Of a stretch of 57,418 nt of DNA, positions 22,402 through 32,061 are shown piece after piece. Under the pieces are notes generated by a model, which saw only the letters and a list, made by a program, of their open reading frames with translations, searched no databases and was not told the origin of the DNA. Position numbers and translations under genes: made by a program. The stretch covers positions 1 through 57,418 of the forward strand of contig JWZX01002380.1 of the NCBI GenBank assembly GCA_001275005.1. Direction: 5' to 3'. How positions within the stretch are numbered: the stretch's first letter is position 1; each line of letters opens with the position of its first letter. Origin of the DNA: Chrysochromulina tobinii (Eukaryota).

Positions 22402-24400
22402 CTACCCAGGATCGATTCGCGCAATGTACTCGGTCGTAGAAGGCCCGTTCCTTGTAGTGTAAGTCAAGTCGGGCGAGCGCTCCTTGGCGCGTTCGATGCG
22501 CCAGCGCATCAAGCTGCCGATACAATGGCCGATGGCACCGATCGAGAGTACGACGACGAAGGCGACCGTGTTCTCCCATGAGGAGTAGAGATTCGTCAAA
22601 AGAGCGCTGACGGCAAAGCAGAACGGCAGCAAGCAGTAGCAGACGGCGGTCTGCACGCCGCCCGGCAGCTGGAAGGGACGCTCGACGTTCGGGCGCTGTA
22701 CTCGCAGCGCGATGAAAGAGTACAGGAAGAGGCAGTGCGAGCATGCGAACAGCATCATCTCCACCTCGACGAGCGCCTCGAGGTGAAACTGATGAGGGAG
22801 GCAATCATGGGTCATCAGTGATCATCAGAGGTCATCAGAGCGCCTCAAGGTGCACCTGATGAGGGAGGCAATCCATCGCACTCAATGGCACTCGTTCATT
22901 CAATCGCAACGTGAGTCGCACAGCTGAGCGAAACAAGGAGCTATGCAGGAGCTATGCGTGGCCATCCGTGGCGATCTCCGGCACTCGAGATCAGCTCGGG
23001 ATGATCTCCGGCACTCGAGATCAGCTCGGGATGCACCTGGGTCAGGCAGCCCGCAATCGTCGCGTTGAAGAGTACGTTGGCGCGCGACATGCCGCCGCCC
23101 TCTGGCTCGGTCTTCAGCCAGAGGGTGAGCGAAGCCAAGCAGCGTCGGTGCAGCATCGGGGTCTGCGCGGCCTCCAGCGGGGGCTCATTCATGCGGGGGG
23201 TGAGCCTCGACGGCGGCGGGGCCTCTCGATTCAACGGCAGCAGGCACGTGAACCCAAGGTCACTCAAGTACGCGTGAACAAAGGCGCCGCACGAGCGCTC
23301 CGCCGCGATGACCTGCGAGTGGTACAGGCCGACCTGCGCCATGTTCGCGCCAACCACGAAGAGCGTCTTGAGCCACAGGCCGGAGAGCTGACCAGCGAGG
23401 GTTCCAAAGTAGCCCGCGTCGTAATGCTCAGTGTCGGGGTCGAGAGAGAGCGCGACGGCAAAGGGCATCACGTTGAGCGCGATGACGAGCGGCAGCAGGA
23501 ATGCGACGACGGCTGGGTAGGTGTACTTGGGATTTTCGACTTCACCCGCCATCGATCCGAGCGTCGAGAAGCCCGAGTAGAGCCACTGGAGTTCAACAAG
23601 GTGCCACAATGAGTCAGAGGGACAAGAGCACTCAGAGGCCCTCAGAAGCACTCAGAGGCACCCAGAAGCATTCAGAAGCAATCGTACCAGCGCCCACGAG
23701 ATGAGGAGAGCCCAGTCAGCATGCAATCAGCATGCAATCAGCATGCAATCAGCATGCAATCAGCATGCAATCGTACCAGCGCCCACGAGATGAGGAGAGC
23801 CCAGTCAGTCTCGCCTTCCGTCGAGGTGAGCACCTCGGGCTCGAGCCGACCGAGACCGATGACGATGAAGATGAGGCTCGGGGTGAGAGAGAGGAAGAAG
23901 ACGACGCTCTGCGAGGCCGTCACCCAGTCGAGGCCCATGCAGTTGGTCACCGCCACGCAGACGACCATGGCCAAGCAGATCCCCTGCTCGCTGCCCAGCC
24001 CCAGTTGGAGTGCCTTGCTCACGTACTTAGCGGCGATCTGCGGGTACACCGCCGCGTCGAGCAGGTTGGTGAACCACACCCAAAAGCAGTTGTGGCCGCC
24101 GATGCGCGGCCCGCACGCCTCGGCCGTCCACACGACCTGACCGCCGTCCACCGGGAAGGCGGTGGCAAGCTCGGCCGTCATGAGTGCGTTCGGGAGCGCG
24201 AAGCAGAGTCCAGCGAGCACCGTCCAGAGGAAGACGATCAGCGGCGGCCCCGACGAGACCATCGTCTCATTGCCGTACAGGCCGCCCGAGACCCAGAAGA
24301 AGCCGATGACCACGAGCGTGCACACGCCCACTCGCTTTTTTGCCTCGCTCTCCGATGTCGGTAACAAAACCTGCCGCTCGCCGCCAGGCGCGGGCATCAT
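22402..24400 (-). CDS. APC-superfamily polyamine/amino-acid permease (PUT/RMV1-like), about 519 aa
   Basis: FFWVSGGLYGNE, ALMTAELATAFPVDGGQVVW, NLLDAAVYP, WLYSGF..AGEVENPKYTYP. Exons 24400-23777, 23585-23037, 22788-22402 (phase 0, frame closes). The true start may lie further upstream. Confidence 0.88.
22789..23036 (-). other. 248-nt intron with arrays and an internal duplicate of acceptor plus exon start
   Basis: Internal GATTGCCTCCCTCATCAG-GTGCACCTTGAGGCGCTC versus terminal GATTGCCTCCCTCATCAG-TTTCACCTCGAGGCGCTC. Confidence 0.75.
23586..23776 (-). other. 191-nt array intron with an exact 42-bp internal duplicate of exon end plus donor
   Basis: 23678-23719 equals 23767-23808; splicing gives ISWAL|WLYSGF. 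Confidence 0.85.
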
Positions 24401-24543
24401 CGCGGATGCGGGTGCCGAGGCGGCGCCCGGGACGGCAGGCGCTCCCTCTGCTGTGGCGGCGACGCTCGCCGTGGCGTCCGCACCACCCGTGTGGACCCGC
24501 CCCCGGTGGTCCCGCTCGAGTTGCAGCCCGGTCGTGTCATGTT

Positions 24544-24712
24544 AGGTCAAGTCAAGTCAAGTTCAAGTCAAGTCAAGTCAAGTCACATAAGAATAGTCTG
24601 CATACGAGTGAGGCACTCACTCACTCACTCACTCACTCACTCACTCACTCACTCACTCACTCACTCACTCACTCACTCACTCACTCACTCACTCACTCAC
24701 TCACTCGCTCAC
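24544..24712. repeat. Compound microsatellite (AGTCA)n plus (CACT)n between divergent genes
   Basis: Directly visible. Confidence 0.95.
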
Positions 24713-24898
24713 TCCCTGGACTCCCTGCTTACGAAATCGAAATTGGTCGTCTTGAACTCACATCTGAAAACGGGAGATTCTGCGGACAAGTTCGAGGAGT
24801 TTTGAGGCATCGATTTTTTGACGAAGCGAGATGTTCGAGGTCTACATGCGCGTAATCTCACCGGCTGAGTGTGTGTCTCTTTTCATTAGTAATCCGCA

Positions 24899-26839
24899 AT
24901 GGCGAGCGGCTTGGCTGCCCCGAACTATGGAATGGCCCCCTGCGGACGCGTGCGCGTGCAGCCGGCGAGCCCTCAGCTCCTGAGCGCCGTCGACAATCCC
25001 TCGTCCACCATCGGTGGGCGCTGGATCATCTCGTCGTCGGCGCTTTACTTGCTCGAGCAAGTGTACAAGATCGAGAACTACCCCTCACTGCACATGCGCC
25101 AGCGGCTCGCAACGGACTTGGAAGTATCGCAGCGGCAGGTATTTGCGCGCGCATGGCCGCCCGTGCGGCCGGGCTCCCTTCCCCCTCCCACTTGCAACCG
25201 GGAGATCTGCAACCGGGGCTCCGCAGATCTCTCCCTTACCGTTGCTGTGCTTGCCACCCCTTCGCTCGACGCGACGCAGATCCAGGTGTGGTTCCAGAAC
25301 CGGCGCCAGCGCGACCGCAACCTCATCAAGGCGTCCGAGAAGCTCTCTCCCAAGATGGAGTCGTCGGGGCTGCGCCCCAGCGATGCGAGCCGCTCGGCCA
25401 AGGACGGCGATGAGTCCATGGAGAAGGACGAGGCGAGCGACCACTGTGATGCGGGATCGGACGCGTCGGGGGCGTCGCACTCGCGGGCCAAGAAGGCACC
25501 GTGCGCCTCCGACAAGACTCCGACGAGCGGCCACTCGAGCACGCCTTCGTCATTGGCCTCCCCGTCACCGGAGCTCTCGCCGCCTTCCAGCCCGGGCCTT
25601 CTCTCGGAGCACTCGCACTCCCGAAAGACCGTGCCGTCGTTGCAGATGGCGCCACCGACGGCGCGACCGTGGCAGACCCTCGGGCTCTTGCCCCTGATGC
25701 CGCAGCCAATGGGCAATCGCTCCTCGGCTGCGCATGCAAGTGCTCACCACGGCGCCGGTCCGTCGTCTTCTTCCGCTGAGCGCGCGACCCACGCCGAAAG
25801 GGGGGTCGCGAGGGCGGGGGCCGGCCAGTCGTTCAGGCCGTCCCTGGCATCGATGCCCGCGCCCCCGCTCCCAGGCGTACCGTCGTGGGGCGCTCCCCCT
25901 CCGCAGGCCGGCATCGGCGGAAGCGCTCGCCCCAGCGCTCGACCCTCCCTTCTCACCCAAGGGTTGGGACTTGAGCCCTCAGTGGCCGCCGCGCTGCCCA
26001 ATGTGGCAGTCTATCTGCAGCACATTGAGCGGCTGCAATCGGCCTATCTGCGCCTCGGCAGCGGCGTGAACGCGCCTAGCCTTGAGGGCGAGGCGCCGCC
26101 GCTGCCTCAACCTTCGAAAGCGGCGCATTCCACACACCCGCTGCCTCGTCTCCCCTCTTCCTCCGTTGCCGCCTCGCCGATGCCGCTGCCGACCAACCCG
26201 CCCTTCTTTGCCACCGCCCTTGGCACGCCTCTGTTCGATCTGCCGCTGTCCCAAGGCATCCCGGGCCTGTGGGGTGGCTACCCTCCTCCGGCGTTGAGTC
26301 TGGACCCGTCGGTCTTTTACAATTTGCACATGTCGGACCTCTCGGCGCACGTCCTGCGTGCTCACACTGCAGCGCTCTCGCAGGCCTTTTCGGCGCCCCC
26401 CCTTTCGATCCCCCCCCTTTCGATCCCCCCCCTTTCGAGCCTCCCCCTTTCGAGCCTTCCCCTTTCGAGCCCCCCAATGGCCACCGGCACCGCGATGCCC
26501 GCCCCGACCGCTTCCTCGAGTTTCCCGTTCCAACGGTCATCGTCCACGATGGACGACGCACCGGAGCTGGGCAAATGCTTCAAGAAGCCGCGCAGCAACA
26601 CGGACCCCTTCCCGCAAAGCTATGCGCGGGCCACCTCCGTCGACGCGACCTCCGCGACCACGTTCGAGCAGCCCTCGACAGAGACCTCGGCCATCGGCTC
26701 AGATTATGGGACCAACTCGAACGACCTGAACGTCGACCAGGCCTTCGACTGGCGCGGCGCCAACAGTATGATGGACCTGGACATGGACCTGATCATGGGC
26801 ATGGCGGGCGTGGTCGACTCGAAGGTGGCCGTCGTCTGA
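24899..26839 (+). CDS. Homeobox transcription factor (about 599 aa) with a conventional intron at 25139-25279
   Basis: RW...LLEQVY..ENYPSLHMRQRLATDLEVSQRQ|IQVWFQNRRQR; removing the GT-AG 141-nt intron restores the homeodomain. Confidence 0.9.
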   Translation: MASGLAAPNYGMAPCGRVRVQPASPQLLSAVDNPSSTIGGRWIISSSALYLLEQVYKIENYPSLHMRQRLATDLEVSQRQVFARAWPPVRPGSLPPPTCNREICNRGSADLSLTVAVLATPSLDATQIQVWFQNRRQRDRNLIKASEKLSPKMESSGLRPSDASRSAKDGDESMEKDEASDHCDAGSDASGASHSRAKKAPCASDKTPTSGHSSTPSSLASPSPELSPPSSPGLLSEHSHSRKTVPSLQMAPPTARPWQTLGLLPLMPQPMGNRSSAAHASAHHGAGPSSSSAERATHAERGVARAGAGQSFRPSLASMPAPPLPGVPSWGAPPPQAGIGGSARPSARPSLLTQGLGLEPSVAAALPNVAVYLQHIERLQSAYLRLGSGVNAPSLEGEAPPLPQPSKAAHSTHPLPRLPSSSVAASPMPLPTNPPFFATALGTPLFDLPLSQGIPGLWGGYPPPALSLDPSVFYNLHMSDLSAHVLRAHTAALSQAFSAPPLSIPPLSIPPLSSLPLSSLPLSSPPMATGTAMPAPTASSSFPFQRSSSTMDDAPELGKCFKKPRSNTDPFPQSYARATSVDATSATTFEQPSTETSAIGSDYGTNSNDLNVDQAFDWRGANSMMDLDMDLIMGMAGVVDSKVAVV

Positions 26840-27849
26840 GCCGCAGGCTCGCGGGACTGAATGCCACAAGAGAAACGCCAAAGGCCCGCCGCCTTCACAT
26901 GCATGCTGGCGGCAACGCGGCATCATGTCATAGACGTAAGACGAAAGTATAGCGCTGAGCCTGAGGCCCTGAGCGGGTCCGGCGTGTGTAAGGACTAATG
27001 CGAAATGACGGAAATGACCTGCTGATGTCCTGCTCTCGTGAATCGGTTTCGTTCAACCCCGTGCGGTGACACCTGTCTCACCTGTCGACTGTGCACAGAG
27101 ATCAGAGTGAGCAGTGACGCTTCGAAGTAGTCTCAGCCGGAGCCGAGAGCTCTGACACTTTTGTCTTTTCGTGTTTCGACGTCGCGTGGATCTTGGTTCT
27201 ATCTCGTCTTCTTGTTGGCTTGGTGTTGGTGGCTGGTGCCGCCGCTCCGCCTGTATCCGCCTGTCCCACTCAGAGTGGCTTTACTGTGCGGTGGCTGTCG
27301 CGCTGTGCGCCTCGACTGCGGACTGCCTCGTTGGCGTGGACCGGTCGGGAAGTCGGGGATCGACGGTCCTGGACAGGAGCCTGCTGTGGGCCTGGTGTGA
27401 TTCGTTTCTCGCGCGTGTGCCAGTCCCCGCCCTCGCACGTGGGTCGCACCGCACACCACAGCCCCGCCCTGGTGAGGGAGGTGAACATGAAACGTCAAAT
27501 GACAGGACAGTCAGAGAATGGACAACTCCGCGCGGTCGAAACGGGTCTTACACGGGTCTCCGGGGAGGGTCGAGGGATTGAGCCCGCCCGTCGCCGGGGA
27601 TCCCTTGTTCGTCTGATTCGTCCGCGGCGCGTCAGAAACGAAGAAAATGAAACCGCGAGCAGCCTAGATCACGAGTTTGGAAGTGAGAGAAGTGCACGAG
27701 TGCACGAGCTGGACTGCCCTCTCCTTCCTTCGTTCATCCTGTGGACGTGTGCGCGCATCTCCGTGCCCACTCTCGAGCGACGTCCAAGACAGACGGTACA
27801 AAACGCGCCTATTACCGGCTCGTCCGTCCGCGCAAATTTATCCGTTTCG

Positions 27850-28941
27850 ATGCCCGCTTCGCTCACCGACTATCTGTGCTATGGGGCCGTCGACCTCATC
27901 GACGGGCTCTCTGCTGAGCAGGTCAAGGATGCGCTCGCAGTGTCCTGCACAGAGATGGAGGCGCAACGGCAAGCGGCCCTTGCGGCTCTACTCCCGGGCA
28001 AGCGCTTGGCGCTGCCAGGTTTGGCGATGCTACACGCATTTCAAGCAACCCACGGCAAAGGATGTGCCTTGTCCAAGCTGCAGCCAGGCCCACTGCCAAA
28101 CAAGGTACGCGAGGATGTGATGCTCCAGCTTTACCGCAAGATCAGCGGCGACAAGATAACAGACGATGCAACCCTCTTGGACCAGGCAATCAAGATCTAT
28201 CGGCGGCGAGTCAGTGGTACAAGACCTCCGGATGGCACGCTCTGGAGAAACGTCGGTCCGTCGAGGCCCGAGATTGGCGTCGAGATCCGCAACGCTGCGC
28301 TGTCCGCGGCTCTGCAGTGGAAGGTCACGTTTAGCTCTCAGGAGCTCCAGGCGCTGTGTGTCAAGCGTTTGCACCATAATAGCTTCATTAAGGCAGGAGA
28401 AGACTATTATGAGGCGCTTGAGAAGCCATCTCTCGGGATGCGCAACTGGTTTGCGAGCTTGTCATTCCAGAAGCGCGAGCCGCTCTCCGGTAGTGGAGGC
28501 GCCGAGAGGCTACAGATCGAAGTGGCAGAGAATGGCCTCACGGTGCTGAGAAAGTGCCCAGACATGGACGTGGACGGACTGAAGGTCGGCATGGAGTGCT
28601 GGGTCATGGACCCCGCGCAATTTCCCCTGCTTGAAGTGCCAAGAGCTATGAGCAAAGAGGACAAACGGTGGTACCGCGGCCGGATCACCGCGATCAATTA
28701 TCGATGCATGGTCACTCCAAGTTCTCTTGTTCTTGACACTCCGCCACCGATCAGCATCAGGATCTTGGCCACCGCCGATGGAGCCACAGATGCCGCTCTG
28801 CTGCCCGGGCAGAGAGACTTTGTTTGCCGCAAGAAGCACCTCAGGCCGCTCAGGGAGGGTGACCTGGTCGCTTCGAGCACACCGCGACGTAGTGCAGTCG
28901 TCGGACCGTCGTCCGCCCGTCGTCACGCCGTGCACATATGA
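27850..28941 (+). CDS. Hypothetical protein, possibly with a C-terminal Tudor/SH3-like beta barrel
   Basis: Long non-repetitive ORF; LKVGMECWV...WYRGRITAIN resembles a Tudor-like pattern; start uncertain. Confidence 0.55.
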   Translation: MPASLTDYLCYGAVDLIDGLSAEQVKDALAVSCTEMEAQRQAALAALLPGKRLALPGLAMLHAFQATHGKGCALSKLQPGPLPNKVREDVMLQLYRKISGDKITDDATLLDQAIKIYRRRVSGTRPPDGTLWRNVGPSRPEIGVEIRNAALSAALQWKVTFSSQELQALCVKRLHHNSFIKAGEDYYEALEKPSLGMRNWFASLSFQKREPLSGSGGAERLQIEVAENGLTVLRKCPDMDVDGLKVGMECWVMDPAQFPLLEVPRAMSKEDKRWYRGRITAINYRCMVTPSSLVLDTPPPISIRILATADGATDAALLPGQRDFVCRKKHLRPLREGDLVASSTPRRSAVVGPSSARRHAVHI

Positions 28942-29166
28942 TCCGCTAAAGGCGAGGGTGTTTTAATCACCCCCCCTGTCGTAGAAAACGATAGCTAGCG
29001 CGCCCCGTGAACAGATTCGTCGATGATTCTCCGAGCGGGTTTGACTAATGAAAGACAATTGTGTCTTCACAGCCAAACTCCAGTTTCATATCCAGTTTCG
29101 CGCCATCCTCTCTGCCTCCACGCGCGCGCCTTGACTCGCGCGCTCGAAACCATCGCGACCAACGTC

Positions 29167-31491
29167 ATGTTGACCCAGCGAGCCATACCGCACGTGCAGC
29201 CGCTGCTGCCCTCTGGTGCCTCCACCAGCCCGGGCGCAACGCGGCTCGCCGTCTCGGAGAGCATGCACGTCATCCTCGTCGCCAAAGGCCATGCCATCGA
29301 CTGCTTTGACCTTCAGATGTCCTTCCTATGCACGGCCCGGTTGCCTTCGCCGGCTGTCGAGCTGAGGTTTTCGCCGCACGACTCTAGCCTCCTCGCTGTC
29401 GGGACGGCTGCCGGCGATCTGCTCCTGATGCGCCTCCGCCGGGCGCCAGCGGATGGGCAGCTCGTGCTCTTCCACATCTTGCAACAGTGGAGCATGCGAC
29501 CCGACGCGGCTCCGCTGACGGCCGCCGCGCCGGCCGATGTCGTGCGCTTCCACCCGTCACGTGACGACCTCCTCGCAGTCGTCTGCAGTGGCCAAGTGCG
29601 CCTCCTCAGCCACGGCCTTGGCAAGCTCGCGATCTCTTCGCCTTGCTGCCGTGTGGATGACGACGGCGCTCACGACGGCGCCATCGCCACGACGATCACC
29701 TGGTGCGGCTCGCTGCTCGCTGTGGGCCGCGCGAGCGGCGCCGTGCACCTGTGGCGCGTCGACGTGCCGCAGCGCTCCGACACACGAGCGGGCCTCGCGC
29801 TCGAACTGTCCCTCGGGGCGCAAACTCTCGTGAGCGCACTCCCAGCGCCTCCCACACGTTCGTCAGGCTCGTCAGGCTCGTCAGGGGTGCGCTGCCTCCG
29901 CTGGATGCCCTCTGATATCGAGGGGGAGGCCGAGGGCTCCGCGGGCGTGCTTCTCGTCGGCGACGAACCCAGCCGACTGCGAGCCTTCCTGCTGCCCTCT
30001 GCATGGTCCACCTCGGCCCATGGAGCCAACGGCGCTCAGTTGCTGGCCAACTTGCCTACTGGTCCTCTGCCCGGCGCGAGCGCCTTGGCGCACGTGAGCG
30101 AGCCACTCACGCTGGGTGCGCACATCGGCGGCGAGCTGCGCGCGACCATCGCGCTCTCCGAATGTGACGAATCTCGGCGGCCGGACGATGTGACGAAACT
30201 TCGCACCTTCGAGGTGAGCCACCCTCGCTGGCTTCTGCTATCCGGGCCGGGCTCGCCATGCCTCTTCGCGATGCCCTACGGCCAGCCGACGACGGCGGAC
30301 GCGCATCCCGCCCAACACGACGCGCATCATCCCGCCGCCGCGGCGGTACGCTTTCCGACGCCGACGGAATTGCTGTGCGCGCCCAACGTCGTCCTCGAGC
30401 CGCCGCCGTGCCACGTGTACGGCCTGCACCGGATCGCCTCTCGCGACTGCCGTGCCCGGGTCCATGCACGGATGATGGCCTCGACAGAGAGCCTGGCGGA
30501 GCCCGACACGGCGCCCAAGATGCCCGACACGGCGTCCATGAAGCCCGACACGGCGCCGACCCATCTTGGAGAAGGCACGGAGCTGCTGCTCGTGTTGAGC
30601 GACGTCGCGCTCCATGTCGTCCAACTGCGCGCGGACCCGGCGGGCATGCTCACGACGGCGCGCCACGCGTCCGAGCCGACCGAAGGGCCCAAGCTGAAGC
30701 CCAAGATGCCCGGCACGGCGCCACCGCTGGGGCGCGCGCCGCCGCCGCCGCCGCCGCCCGCACGTCCAGAGAAGCCGTACCCACAGCCGCTGGTCGCCCA
30801 CCTGCTACCCGCCGCGCCTCGTCGGCCAGAGGGGCCCACGACGGCGCCCGTAACGGCCGGCCGTGAGGCGTCGGCGCGGCCGGTTGTGCCCACGACGGCG
30901 CCCGTAACGGCCGGCCGTGAGGCGTCGGCGGTCGTCGACACCCACGACGGGCTCGTCCCCGGGTCGAATGCTGCCCTGCTCGCTCAGGTGACGAGCTGAT
31001 GGCCCCCGATTGCATGCTGATTGCGCCCGATTGCATGCTGATTGCCCCCCGATTGCATGCTGATTGCGCCCTATTCGAATCTGCTCGCGAAGGTGGCGGC
31101 TCTGGAAGCGCGCGCGCGCGGTGCAGAGGCCCGCGTCGCCGAGCTCCAAACCTCCTTCGATCTCTTCATGGCGCAGAGCCAGCAGCAGCAACAGCTCCTG
31201 CTGGTGGCGCTCGAGACGGCGCTCGAGAAGATGGCTGCCGAGCGCCGTCTCGGGCGCCTCTCCGCCGTCGGGGCGGCACAGGGAAGTGCACCCTACGACT
31301 CCGAAGCGTTTGCATTCACACCTCCTGGGTCCCGCCAGCGGCAGGGGCGCCCACCTGAGGCGTCGTCGTGGGCGGCCTTGGATTCGTCTGACGATTCAGA
31401 GCTGTCGCCATCGGATGCGTCGAACGAGTCGGAGCCGACGTCGGCGCCCATCTCCCCCACGCCCGTCGCGCGCATGCAAAATGCACGCTAA
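29167..31491 (+). CDS. WD40-like beta-propeller protein with a Pro-rich linker and C-terminal coiled coil
   Basis: ELRFSPHDSSLLAVGTAAGD, VRFHPSRDDLLAV, ITWCGSLLAVGRASGAVHLW; exons 29167-30987 and 31093-31491. Confidence 0.7.
30988..31092 (+). other. 105-nt array intron (CTGATTGC/CCGATTGCATG); acceptor from a degenerate copy of the upstream exon end
   Basis: CTGCTCGCTCAG|GTGACG ... CTGCTCGCGAAG|GTGGCG. Confidence 0.75.
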
Positions 31492-32061
31492 TTGCACGGG
31501 TCTCCCCCACGGCCACGCCCGTCGCGCGCTTGCTAGTTGCCGTGCAAGCTAATCACGGCGAGCATGGGTGCGTCGCCCCAACGCACCAGCCACCACACGC
31601 TGTGAAGCTGTGTGATGTCGTCGCGCGGAGTTGCCGGTTCCGGTTTTAGTTTATTCGTAATGTTTGCGAGGTATGCTAATTAGCACGCAGAGCACCAACT
31701 ATCGTGCACCGACGGGCGGGGTCTCCCCCGCCCCAGCACGCGCCCACGCCCGTCGCGCCGCGCAAGCTAATTGCACGGCCACGGGTCTTACTCCACGAGG
31801 TATCGAACCACGTCCACGACGCCTGTCGCGCCGGGCGACCGATCACTGCTTTATGTACATCTTTGACCACGCCCAAGCAGCAAGCAGCTCGTTATATGTG
31901 TGTGTATTCGTCGATAAGTGCCACACCGACCCACAACCGGCTGTACGGGCAGCGGGATAGTGGTGGCTGTAAGGTGCTATGCTATGAGTGGTGAATGAGT
32001 GGTGGTTGGTGCCCCAGCGCGCGCGTGCAGCGCCCAGCGGTCGCATACGGCACGTTCTACG

